From positions 37,180 to 101,179 of the forward strand of contig JBLNDT010000006.1 in NCBI GenBank assembly GCA_050261915.1: a stretch of 64,000 bases of DNA, read 5' to 3'. The translations under genes and the position numbers were made by a program. The DNA is from Solirubrobacterales bacterium (lineage in GTDB: Bacteria; Bacillota; Clostridia; Clostridiales; Clostridiaceae). Shown piece after piece: positions 36,610 to 45,260 of the stretch; the first letter of the stretch is position 1; every line of letters starts with the position of its first letter. Below the pieces are notes generated by a model, which was not told where the DNA came from, did no database searches, and saw only the letters and a list, made by a program, of their open reading frames with translations.

Positions 36610-37713
36610 TTGAGAAGAAATTTATCTATTTTTGGTTTTATAGCAGTAATAAGTTTGATAATAGGAAGTGTTATTTTTTATTTTGTTGGAATAAACGGCA
36701 GAGAAGATGTTAAATTATCTGGGAAAATAACTGTACTTGCTGATTCGGGTGATTATAATGCAGTATTAGAGGCAGCAAATAACTTTAAAAAATTACATAA
36801 TCGCATAGAGATAAATGTTATTAAAGATGATAATACATATAATAAAATTTCTGAAGAAATAAAAGCAGCAAAGTTTAAAGAAGATATGGCAATTATATCA
36901 GAAGATAATGCTGGAGACCTTTTTAAACAAAGTGATTCCTCGTTTCTTGAACTTTCCGGATATTCATCTGACTTTTCCGATGGAAGGCTTGGTGCAATTA
37001 CATATAATAAAAAAGTATTAGGAATACCCTGGAGTTCTGAACCAGTAATGATATTATACAGAAGTGATATTTTTTCATCCGAAGGAATTAATATAGATGA
37101 TATAAAAACCTGGGATGATTTTAGAGCCATTGGTAAAAATTTGACCATACGAACAGGTAAGAAGTTCCTGGCATATAATTCCTCTGAATTTACTAAAGTA
37201 TATCAAGCACTTTTAAGTCAGCTTAGAATAAGCTATGTAGATAAAATAAATAATACAAGAGTTTCCGACCTTATAAACGAAATGGTATATGAAGGAACGC
37301 TGTATGGTTCGGACTCCATCATTAATCTTGCAAAAAAAGAAGGGACTCTTGCCATAATAGCAAAACCCAAGGATGCATACAAATTAATGGAAGTTACTGA
37401 ATTAAAGGGAAAATGGGGAGTTATGAAAATTCCTGCCTTTGAGCCTGGTGGAAATAGAGATGTTTCATTAGGGGGCAAGGATCTGCTTATAAATAAGAAT
37501 ACTAAAAACATAAATCTATCAAAGGAATTTGCAAAATACCTAAGCTCTGATAGGAGTACAGTCTATTTAAATCTTGAAAAACACGGAATATTTTCTGCAA
37601 ATTACACAGTATATGAAGGGGAGCAGTTTAATACTAATGAATACTTCAATACGAATATATGGAGTTTATATTCTGATGTAGAAAAAAATGCTCCTGAAAA
37701 TAAATATAAATAA
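36610..37713 (+). CDS. membrane-anchored extracellular solute-binding-protein-like protein (orphan)
   Basis: N-terminal TM helix, no lipobox. The body resembles family-1 sugar ABC binding proteins (ITVLADSGD..., GIPWSSEPVMILYRSDIF). No ABC permease or ATPase genes nearby. Confidence 0.6.
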   Translation: MRRNLSIFGFIAVISLIIGSVIFYFVGINGREDVKLSGKITVLADSGDYNAVLEAANNFKKLHNRIEINVIKDDNTYNKISEEIKAAKFKEDMAIISEDNAGDLFKQSDSSFLELSGYSSDFSDGRLGAITYNKKVLGIPWSSEPVMILYRSDIFSSEGINIDDIKTWDDFRAIGKNLTIRTGKKFLAYNSSEFTKVYQALLSQLRISYVDKINNTRVSDLINEMVYEGTLYGSDSIINLAKKEGTLAIIAKPKDAYKLMEVTELKGKWGVMKIPAFEPGGNRDVSLGGKDLLINKNTKNINLSKEFAKYLSSDRSTVYLNLEKHGIFSANYTVYEGEQFNTNEYFNTNIWSLYSDVEKNAPENKYK

Positions 37714-37728
37714 AGTAAACCTGGAATT

Positions 37729-38838
37729 TTATATTGAAGAATAAAGTTCCAGGGTTTTTTTTGCTGTATTTAACCAGTTGAAATTTTTTGACTTGTTTTC
37801 TGCTCTGATTTTTAGATTACTCTTAACATCAGAGCTATTAAGTATTTTTATAATACTTGAGGAAATTTCATCAATATCCCTTGGGTTTATTAGCATTGCA
37901 CCATTTTCACATATTTCGGGAATTGAAGACAGGTTTGAGCATATTACAGGAGTGGAGCAGGCCATAGCTTCTAGTGGCGGAAGTCCAAAACCTTCATAAA
38001 GGGAGGGGTATATAAATAATTCACATCCATTATATAAAACAGGCATTAGCTCCTCTTTTACAAAGCCTGTAAATTTTACACCAGATGAAATGCCAAGCTC
38101 TTCGGCTAAATTTTTTATTTGCGGCACCTCTTCTTTTTCAGCACCGGCAAGCACCAGGTCATACAAGCCATTTAATTTTGAAATGGATTTTTTGTATGCA
38201 TATAAAATAGCTTTTACATTTTTTCTAGGGCTAAATCCTCCAATGTACAATATAAAAGGCTTATGCAAATTAAATTCCTTCATTAAAATATTTTTGCAAT
38301 ATCCCTTGTCTAGTGGAATGTATCTTGGATCTGCAGCTAATGGTATAACGTGAATTTTCTTGTTGTTTCCAGGAAAAAACCTGAGAATATCTGATTTGGA
38401 GGCATTAGAAACTGTAATTATTGCATCTGCTGAATGGATAATATCAGGCATATCCTTTAAAAATTTATTTAAATACCCTTTACCTACAGTTTCAGGCATA
38501 GAATAAGGAATTAAATCGTGAACAGTAACGACTTTTTTGCAAATTTGATATTTATTCATACCTATACCGTTTTGGGGCACATGTAAAAGGTTTACCTTAT
38601 TATTTTCAAGGTAAATAGGAAAATACTGCTCTTCAAAAAAGCTGTGATGTTTTTTTGAAGTTAATATGATCTTAGAGTTTTCTGTCTCATACTGACTGAA
38701 GTTATCTCCACACCAAAAAATATGAAATTTATTATTTCCACAGATTCTAAGCATATGCTTAAGAAGATTTTCAGTATAGGTTCCAATTCCTGTACCTTTG
38801 TATAAGTTGATTCCTCTTCCATCTAGTGCAAAATCCAA
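37729..38838 (-). CDS. GT4-family glycosyltransferase (CotSA-like), copy 1
   Basis: EGFGLPPLEAMAC and HVPQNG motifs. TTG at 38838-38836 lies 5 nt after GGAGGGG and gives MDFALDGRG, colinear with the MRIGIDGRS start of copy 2. The track start at 38907 is probably too early. Confidence 0.8.
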   Translation of the reverse strand: MDFALDGRGINLYKGTGIGTYTENLLKHMLRICGNNKFHIFWCGDNFSQYETENSKIILTSKKHHSFFEEQYFPIYLENNKVNLLHVPQNGIGMNKYQICKKVVTVHDLIPYSMPETVGKGYLNKFLKDMPDIIHSADAIITVSNASKSDILRFFPGNNKKIHVIPLAADPRYIPLDKGYCKNILMKEFNLHKPFILYIGGFSPRKNVKAILYAYKKSISKLNGLYDLVLAGAEKEEVPQIKNLAEELGISSGVKFTGFVKEELMPVLYNGCELFIYPSLYEGFGLPPLEAMACSTPVICSNLSSIPEICENGAMLINPRDIDEISSSIIKILNSSDVKSNLKIRAENKSKNFNWLNTAKKTLELYSSI

Positions 38839-38959
38839 ACAGACCCCTCCATTTAATTTTATATAGTATATTATTGCAAAAGGCATAAAATTGTTACATT
38901 GGAACAAACATAGAGGTTAAACATATAATGTTTATAAAGCAGTAGTTCTGGAGGGAATT

Positions 38960-39964
38960 TTGAACCTTTCTTTTATAAGAAGTTTAATAAAAGATACTTA
39001 TGGAATTGAGGTTTGCTGTGCTTCGAAAATCAAAAATGTATATAAACTAGAGGGTAAAAGTAAAAGCTATTGTCTTAAGGTTATAAATTATAATTTGGGA
39101 CATTTTTTATTTATAATAGCAGCTATTAAGCATCTTCAAAATGGAGGATTTCACAGCATACCTGAAATTATCAGCACAGTAAAGGGGAATAGTTATATTG
39201 AATACCAAGGCTCTTATGCATATTTGACGGAGTGGATAAACTGCAGGCAGTGCAATTATAACAATCCTCTTGATTTAAAAATTGCTTCGCAAAAACTTGC
39301 AGAACTTCATTTAAAGAGCAGAAATTTCAGCATAGAAAGTAATATGGAACCAAGAATTGGATGGCTTAAATGGATTGATACATTTAGAACCAGAGTAGAT
39401 GAAATTTATAGCTTTAGAGAAATTATATTAAGCAGGGAACACAAATCCAAATTTGACTACCTTTACATGAAGGAGATGGAAGAACAGGTCAGTGCGGCTA
39501 GGGATTCCATAATTAATCTTTGCAAAAGCGACTACATTAATCAAATGAAAACTGAAATATGTAAAAAAGGTTTTTGTCATCACGATTATGCACATCACAA
39601 TATCCTAATTGGTGAAAACGATAATGTAAATATTATTGATTTTGATTACTGTATTTTAGACAGTCATTTACATGACCTATGTAGTCTTATTATTAGAAGA
39701 TTAAAAAATAACAGATGGGACTTGGATTGTGCAGGGAGTATAATTGGAAACTATGATAAAATAAATAAAATCCATAAGGAAGAAATACCAATTATGTCCG
39801 CATTTATTGAATTTCCACAGGATTATTGGCAGCTTGGCATTCAATATTATTTAGAAAAAAAGCAATGGGATGAAGAAGTATTTATAAATAAACTAAAAAA
39901 AATTTATGAGGACAGAGATGATAAGTATGAATTCTTATATGACTTTACAAGAACAATATTATAG
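38960..39964 (+). CDS. CotS family spore coat protein kinase-like, copy 1
   Basis: FCHHDYAHHNILIG...NIIDFDYC catalytic/Mg loops of the CotS/aminoglycoside-phosphotransferase fold. TTG start after GGAGGG. Confidence 0.85.
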   Translation: MNLSFIRSLIKDTYGIEVCCASKIKNVYKLEGKSKSYCLKVINYNLGHFLFIIAAIKHLQNGGFHSIPEIISTVKGNSYIEYQGSYAYLTEWINCRQCNYNNPLDLKIASQKLAELHLKSRNFSIESNMEPRIGWLKWIDTFRTRVDEIYSFREIILSREHKSKFDYLYMKEMEEQVSAARDSIINLCKSDYINQMKTEICKKGFCHHDYAHHNILIGENDNVNIIDFDYCILDSHLHDLCSLIIRRLKNNRWDLDCAGSIIGNYDKINKIHKEEIPIMSAFIEFPQDYWQLGIQYYLEKKQWDEEVFINKLKKIYEDRDDKYEFLYDFTRTIL

Positions 39965-39975
39965 GAGGAAGGGTT

Positions 39976-40161
39976 TTGTCTAAGAATAAAAATGATAATC
40001 TTGAGGTGGACATAGAACAGGTTCAGGATTACAGGGCAAAAGCTAAGGAATTAAAGGCTGGAGTTAAAGCCTTAAAAGAAATTAATAAGAAAAAAAGCAA
40101 GATATCAAAGCTTGAAAAGGAAAAAACTAAATTAATGAAAAAAATCGGGAAAAAGAAATAA
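39976..40161 (+). CDS. small lysine-rich coiled-coil protein (61 aa)
   Basis: TTG start after AGGAGGAAGGG. Its stop overlaps the next ATG (TAATG). Composition is biased, so coding status is moderately uncertain. Confidence 0.45.
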   Translation: MSKNKNDNLEVDIEQVQDYRAKAKELKAGVKALKEINKKKSKISKLEKEKTKLMKKIGKKK

Positions 40162-40892
40162 TGAAAAACTATAGCATGGAAGAGCAGTTTATTAAATATC
40201 TAAATTCAAAGGGTGTAATTTTTGAGACCAGAAATAATCTTTCTAAAGATAATAATATTTCAAACCAGTTAAAGATTATTTCAAAATTTCATAAAATAGC
40301 TGCAGGGTATAGGGAATATAGTGGATGCGGTTTGAAGGACGGCATTGGAAAGGATATTGAAAAATCAAAGGTAGAAATGAAGAAGTTTAAAAAAATCATC
40401 CAGGGTATAAAACTAATGGGGCCTGAAAATATATTTGAGGAGGCCTTGCTAAATATGGGATACCATACATTTGAAAAGGCTCAAAGAGCATTAAAGATAT
40501 CAGAAAGTGAAAAATATCTGGGACTGCTTAAAAGAAGCATGGATAATGGAGAAATATGTATCGGAGAACCTTCCTTTAAAAATATATGGGGGGATAATAA
40601 TATAAGGATATCAAAGATAAACAAATGTTCCTATAATATTGTGGAATCAGATGGGGTAGTTTTTTTCAGGAGGCTTAAAAGAAAAGGATATAAATTTAAT
40701 CTTGAAGGATGCATAGATGAATACTGTACTTTAGAAAACCTTGATCAGTTCAGCAGGGAGTATATGAGCTCCCTTTTGACATACCCATATTACACAATCA
40801 GGTATTGTATAAGATATAAAGATAAGAAATATAATATTAGTGAAATAGATTATTTGAATAAGTTAACAAAAGTGGTCAGCTATGACTGCTAA
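40161..40892 (+). CDS. degenerate CotS-like protein lacking catalytic motifs (putative pseudokinase)
   Basis: Colinear with the CotS C-lobe, but HHDYxHHN is replaced by IGEPSFKN and IDFD by ISKIN (manual alignment). It lacks most of the N-lobe. Confidence 0.45.
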   Translation: MKNYSMEEQFIKYLNSKGVIFETRNNLSKDNNISNQLKIISKFHKIAAGYREYSGCGLKDGIGKDIEKSKVEMKKFKKIIQGIKLMGPENIFEEALLNMGYHTFEKAQRALKISESEKYLGLLKRSMDNGEICIGEPSFKNIWGDNNIRISKINKCSYNIVESDGVVFFRRLKRKGYKFNLEGCIDEYCTLENLDQFSREYMSSLLTYPYYTIRYCIRYKDKKYNISEIDYLNKLTKVVSYDC

Positions 40893-40935
40893 AAAACAAC
40901 CCTTCTGAAATTATAAAATCAGAAGGGTTAAATTT
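40892..40935. terminator. bidirectional terminator
   Basis: AACCCTTCTGA-N10-TCAGAAGGGTT hairpin flanked by an A-run and a T-rich stretch. Confidence 0.8.
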
Positions 40936-41429
40936 TATGATCTGAAGTTAATATATTGAAGCTCTATTCCAAAATCATGCTCCTTAAGTTTTTGCATAAC
41001 GTTTTGGAGATCATCTTTTTTAGCACCTGTTACTCTTATTTTGTCATCCATAATTTGAGTCTGTACTTTAAGTTTCAACTCTTTTATGTAAGAAGTTACA
41101 TCCTTGGCTTTTTCTTTATTGATTCCCTTTTGTATTGTAACTACCTGCTTTACATTACCGTTGGAGGCAGGTTCTATTTTTCCTGGATCAAGGCATTTAA
41201 TGGGAACTAGTCTTTTTATCATTTTTCCTCTTAAAATATCCAGCATTGCCTTTAGCTTATAATCATCCTCAGCAGTAAATTTAAGGGATTCAGCATCCAG
41301 CACAATGTCCGCCTTGCTTCCCTTAAAATCATATCTTTGCACGATTTCCTTTTTTGCCTGATTTACAGCGTTATCCATTTCCTGCATATCAACTTCTGAT
41401 ACTATATCAAATGAGCAATCCTTAGCCAT
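40935..41429 (-). CDS. yajQ: YajQ family nucleotide-binding protein (UPF0234)
   Basis: [12 protein letters not shown]...[10 protein letters not shown]...RYDFKGS, the typical YajQ N-terminus. About 164 aa. Confidence 0.85.
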   Translation of the reverse strand: MAKDCSFDIVSEVDMQEMDNAVNQAKKEIVQRYDFKGSKADIVLDAESLKFTAEDDYKLKAMLDILRGKMIKRLVPIKCLDPGKIEPASNGNVKQVVTIQKGINKEKAKDVTSYIKELKLKVQTQIMDDKIRVTGAKKDDLQNVMQKLKEHDFGIELQYINFRS

Positions 41430-41486
41430 TAAGATTCCACCTTTCTTAGATTATTTCCATATACATTATACTAGAAATTGTTGAAC

Positions 41487-42611
41487 TTAGTAAATGTTTG
41501 ATGATATTTTACTATAAAATTCAAGGGTTTTTTTTGCTGTACTTTCCCAATTAAAGTTTGATGACCTGACAATTCCATTTAAACACATTGCTTCAGCAAG
41601 GGCCTTATCTGATAAAACATTATCCATAGCATGGCTTAGCTCAACAGTATCCCTTGGATTAACAAGGATTCCGCCTGTTCCTATAATTTCAGGAATAGAA
41701 GCCGCATTTGATGAAATCACTGGAATGCCGCAGGCCATTGCTTCCACTGGGGGTAAACCAAAACCTTCATAAAATGAAGGGTAAACAAAAAGTTCTGCAC
41801 CATTGTATAAAAAGGGAAGGTCCCTTGTTTGAATAAAGCCAGGAAAAACAACATCATTTTCTATATTAAGCTTATAAGACAGTTTTTTTAATGTATCATA
41901 AGATTTACCCTTGGTACCTGCTATTACAAGTTTAATTTGATGCTTATGTCTTATTAAACTGAAGGCTTCAATTAGCCCGGAAATGTTTTTTCTTGGGCCT
42001 AAACCTCCTACATAAAGTATATATTTATCTTTAATAGAATATTTTTTACTAATAAAGTACTTGCTTAATATTTTGTCAATTGGGTGATATCTGGATTCAG
42101 CGGCAAGAGGGGTAACTTTAATTTTTTCCTCTGGATAGTTGAACTCTTTTATTATATCCATTTTTGAAAAGTTTGAAACGGTTATTATACCACTGCAAAG
42201 TTTTATAATTTCCGGAATCTTTTCTGAAAATATCTTTAAGTATTCATAACTTACTGTTTCAGGCATTCTGCAGGGAATAACATCGTGAAGGGTTATAACA
42301 GAAGGGCAGTCTTTGCTTTTGGGAAGACCTACCCCGTTTTGAGGTACATGGTATAAATCCATTTTGTTATCCTTTAAAATGTTAGGGATATTAACTTCAT
42401 CCCAAAAACATGTTTTTTTCTCACGGCATATATCTGCTAATTCAAAATTACTGCTTAGATGCAGGGGATGTTTTGAATCCTTTGGCATAAATATAAGATA
42501 ATTATTTTTTAAATCTATAATGCTAAGGGCTTTTATCAGCTGGTATGCATATGTACCAATGCCGGTTCCCATGTACCATATTGCTGAACGGCCATCTATA
42601 CCTATCCTCAT
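41487..42611 (-). CDS. GT4-family glycosyltransferase (CotSA-like), copy 2
   Basis: MRIGIDGRS..., HVPQNG, EGFGLPPVEAMACGIPVISS. A clear paralogue of 37729-38838. Confidence 0.85.
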   Translation of the reverse strand: MRIGIDGRSAIWYMGTGIGTYAYQLIKALSIIDLKNNYLIFMPKDSKHPLHLSSNFELADICREKKTCFWDEVNIPNILKDNKMDLYHVPQNGVGLPKSKDCPSVITLHDVIPCRMPETVSYEYLKIFSEKIPEIIKLCSGIITVSNFSKMDIIKEFNYPEEKIKVTPLAAESRYHPIDKILSKYFISKKYSIKDKYILYVGGLGPRKNISGLIEAFSLIRHKHQIKLVIAGTKGKSYDTLKKLSYKLNIENDVVFPGFIQTRDLPFLYNGAELFVYPSFYEGFGLPPVEAMACGIPVISSNAASIPEIIGTGGILVNPRDTVELSHAMDNVLSDKALAEAMCLNGIVRSSNFNWESTAKKTLEFYSKISSNIY

Positions 42612-42725
42612 TAAAACAATCCTTTCAAGTTAAATATATTTTATTATATTAATAGTAGTATTAAAGTGTTATTAATCTTCTAAATGAAGCCCTGGATTCA
42701 TATAAATTATACTGGGGTGATAAAC

Positions 42726-43727
42726 ATGATGAGAGAATTTGAAATTGAAAGGCAGTTTGATATTAAAATCGAAAGCATTAAACCCAGTAGAGGAGTTTAT
42801 ATTTTGAAAACTGATCAGGGAATGAGATGTTTGAAAAAAATAAACTATGGTACTCAAAAGCTTCTTTTTGTATATGGAGCCAAGGAGCATTTGATAAATA
42901 ACGGGTTTAAGAATGTGGATAAATATTTTTTAAGCTTGGAAGGGAATCCTTATGCAGTAGTAAATGAGGATATATACACCCTTTCAGAGTGGATTGAAGG
43001 CAAGGAGTGTGATTTCAGAAACAAAGAAGAAATAGTAAAGGCAGCTAAAAACCTTGCTAATCTTCATATATGCTCAAAGGGATATGAACCTCCTGAAAAC
43101 AGCAAGCTTAAAACAGATTTGGGAAGATGGAGTCATTTAATGGAGAAGAGGGTTAAATCCTTTGAAAAAATGAGGGAAATGAGCAGAAAAAAAGGAGCAA
43201 GGGGAAAGTTTGACTTAAACTACTTTAAAAGCGTTGAATTTTATAAGGAACTGGGTTTTAAGGCTATGGAGGTGTTAGGTAATTCAAAGTACCTTGAACT
43301 CTGCCAAAAGGCGGAAGACGAAAAAGGTTTCTGCCATCACGATTATACTTATCATAATATAGTAATAGACAAAGATGATGTATATAATGTAATCGACTTT
43401 GACTACTGCAAAAGAGAGGTACGGGCTTATGACATATCTGCATTTTTAATAAAGGTACTAAAAAGAGTTGACTGGGAAATTGAATATGCTGAACTTATTA
43501 TTGATGCATACAATGAAATAAGTACCCTAGAAGAAGAAGAGTATATGGTACTGTATGCGTTTCTTATATTCCCGCAAAGGTACTGGAGGCTTTCCAACAG
43601 ATATTACTACAATGAAGTAAATTGGCCTCTGAATACCTTTAATAATAAAATGGAGGAGCTTATTGCAGAACAGGAAAATTACATGAATTTCCTTGAATTG
43701 TTTAAGAACAGGTATAATCAAAAATAA
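42726..43727 (+). CDS. CotS family spore coat protein kinase-like, copy 2
   Basis: FCHHDYTYHNIVID...NVIDFDYC. ATG 42726 follows GGGGTGA; the track start at 42684 is upstream of the RBS. Confidence 0.85.
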   Translation: MMREFEIERQFDIKIESIKPSRGVYILKTDQGMRCLKKINYGTQKLLFVYGAKEHLINNGFKNVDKYFLSLEGNPYAVVNEDIYTLSEWIEGKECDFRNKEEIVKAAKNLANLHICSKGYEPPENSKLKTDLGRWSHLMEKRVKSFEKMREMSRKKGARGKFDLNYFKSVEFYKELGFKAMEVLGNSKYLELCQKAEDEKGFCHHDYTYHNIVIDKDDVYNVIDFDYCKREVRAYDISAFLIKVLKRVDWEIEYAELIIDAYNEISTLEEEEYMVLYAFLIFPQRYWRLSNRYYYNEVNWPLNTFNNKMEELIAEQENYMNFLELFKNRYNQK

Positions 43728-43757
43728 AAGCAGCTGACTTATACGTCAGCTGCTTTT
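43727..43757 (+). terminator. intrinsic terminator
   Basis: AAAAGCAGCTGAC-N6-GTCAGCTGCTTTT hairpin. Confidence 0.85.
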
Positions 43758-43811
43758 GCACTTATATAGAATAGAATCATATAATATACGGTAAATTATT
43801 TTTAGGAGAAT

Positions 43812-44675
43812 ATGATGCAGATTGGTGATATAGTCGTAAGAAAATCCTATGGCTGTGATGTAACCTTTAAGATTATAGATATAGTTTATGGTGAAGGAGG
43901 CAAAACCTATCTATTAAAAGGAATTAAGCTTAGAATTCTTGCTGATGCTCCAGAGGATGATCTAAAGCCAGCTCCTGAAGATTTTTCATCAGAGAGCGAA
44001 ATGTTTTTTACAAGAAGAGTCAACAGCTCAATAAAAAAGATATTAAGGTATCGGGAAAATCAGGAGGATATGTTTAGAAGCCCAAAGATTGAAAATGATA
44101 AGGATTTAATTTTCGGAAGACCGGGTAAAATACTCCACATTGATGGAGATGCCGACTACCTGGAGAACTGTCTAAAGGTATATAAGCAGCTAAAACTTAA
44201 TGTAACAGGGAAAGTGGTAAGGGAAAGGGAACAGCCATTAAAGGCGGTGGAGTTTGTTAAGGAAATAAAGCCTGATATTGTAGTAGTAACAGGTCATGAT
44301 TCAATTAACAAGGAAGCTAAGGATTATATGGATTTAAATAACTATAAAAATTCTTCATATTATGTAGAGACTGTAAATGCTCTTAGAAATTACAAATCAA
44401 ATTATGATGATCTTGTAATATTTGCTGGAGCATGTCAGTCAAATTACGAGAAAATTCTGGATTCAGGAGCCAATTTTGCAAGTTCTCCTGGAAGGGTTTT
44501 GATTCACTGCTTAGATCCTGTATTTTTATGTGAAAAGATTGCCTATGCCAATATTGATAAAGTGGTATCAATACAGGAAGCTCTTGAAAACACAATAACG
44601 GGAACAAAGGGCATAGGTGGGCTTCAAACTCGTGGAAAGTACAGGGAAGGATTCCCAAAATCCTCTTACGCATAA
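43812..44675 (+). CDS. yabG: sporulation-specific peptidase YabG
   Basis: MQIGDIVVRKSYG..., PDIVVVTGHD and GACQS motifs. Conserved yabG-veg adjacency. Confidence 0.9.
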   Translation: MMQIGDIVVRKSYGCDVTFKIIDIVYGEGGKTYLLKGIKLRILADAPEDDLKPAPEDFSSESEMFFTRRVNSSIKKILRYRENQEDMFRSPKIENDKDLIFGRPGKILHIDGDADYLENCLKVYKQLKLNVTGKVVREREQPLKAVEFVKEIKPDIVVVTGHDSINKEAKDYMDLNNYKNSSYYVETVNALRNYKSNYDDLVIFAGACQSNYEKILDSGANFASSPGRVLIHCLDPVFLCEKIAYANIDKVVSIQEALENTITGTKGIGGLQTRGKYREGFPKSSYA

Positions 44676-44771
44676 TATTTGTTTATAGTTGTATATTAAC
44701 GTAATATTGAGGTAATAATATCTATTGCAGAAATAAATTTAATATTTGGGGTTGTTAACAAAAAATTAATA

Positions 44772-44801
44772 TTGACAAAATGATTTGTTAACTGATAAAA
44801 T
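44772..44801 (+). promoter_or_regulatory. veg promoter P1 candidate
   Basis: TTGACA (44772-44777), 17-18 nt spacer, ATAAAAT. Confidence 0.45.
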
Positions 44802-44812
44802 ATTAAGTTTGA

Positions 44813-44841
44813 TTGACATAATTGGCAAAAGGATATATAAT
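44813..44841 (+). promoter_or_regulatory. veg promoter P2, perfect sigma-A consensus
   Basis: TTGACA (44813-44818), exactly 17 nt, TATAAT (44836-44841). Confidence 0.65.
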
Positions 44842-44869
44842 AGTAGATGTGGAAAGAGGGTGTTTAGTA

Positions 44870-45106
44870 TTGGAAAGAACAAATGTATTGGCTTCAATTA
44901 AAAAAGATATTGAAAGCCATGTTGGAGATAAAGTGACCCTGAAAGCAAATGGCGGAAGAAGGAAAATATTCGTAAACAGCGGAGTTATTGAAAAAACCTA
45001 TCCAAATATATTTGTAATTAGGCTGGAAAATGACACCCAAAGGAAGGTAACTTATAGTTATTCTGATGTACTAACAAAAACGGTTCAACTTGTTTTTTCA
45101 GCATAA
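44870..45106 (+). CDS. veg: Veg protein
   Basis: LKANGGRRK...YPNIFVIRL...VTYSYSDVLT closely parallels B. subtilis Veg. TTG 44870 follows AGAGGGTG. The track start at 44822 lies inside the promoter. Confidence 0.85.
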   Translation: MERTNVLASIKKDIESHVGDKVTLKANGGRRKIFVNSGVIEKTYPNIFVIRLENDTQRKVTYSYSDVLTKTVQLVFSA

Positions 45107-45108
45107 AA

Positions 45109-45136
45109 ACGACACAAAAAATGTGTCGTTTTTTTA
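45109..45136 (+). terminator. veg intrinsic terminator
   Basis: ACGACACA-AAAAA-TGTGTCGT hairpin followed by T6. Confidence 0.85.
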
Positions 45137-45139
45137 TTT

Positions 45140-45172
45140 AAAAAAAAGAAAGATGGTGGGTAGCCATCTTTC
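45140..45172 (-). terminator. orphan minus-strand intrinsic terminator
   Basis: On the minus strand: GAAAGATGG-CTACCCA-CCATCTTTC followed by T8. There is no T-run on the + side, so it is unidirectional. No annotated minus-strand gene feeds into it. Confidence 0.7.
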
Positions 45173-45226
45173 AACATGGTATAAAGGGTATTGAGAATTT
45201 TTGAGAGGTTATATGGTTAACAACCA
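45141..45226 (-). ncRNA. candidate small RNA of about 85 nt (promoter-to-terminator unit)
   Basis: Bounded by the minus-strand promoter (45232-45260) and terminator (45140-45172). No ORF with an RBS inside. Contains the CCUCUC anti-SD-like motif. Confidence 0.35.
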
Positions 45227-45231
45227 ATTTC

Positions 45232-45260
45232 ATATTACGTTATTTTCAGAAAAAAGTCAA
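45232..45260 (-). promoter_or_regulatory. minus-strand sigma-A type promoter
   Basis: Minus strand TTGACT (45260-45255), 17-nt spacer, TAATAT (45237-45232). Confidence 0.45.
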
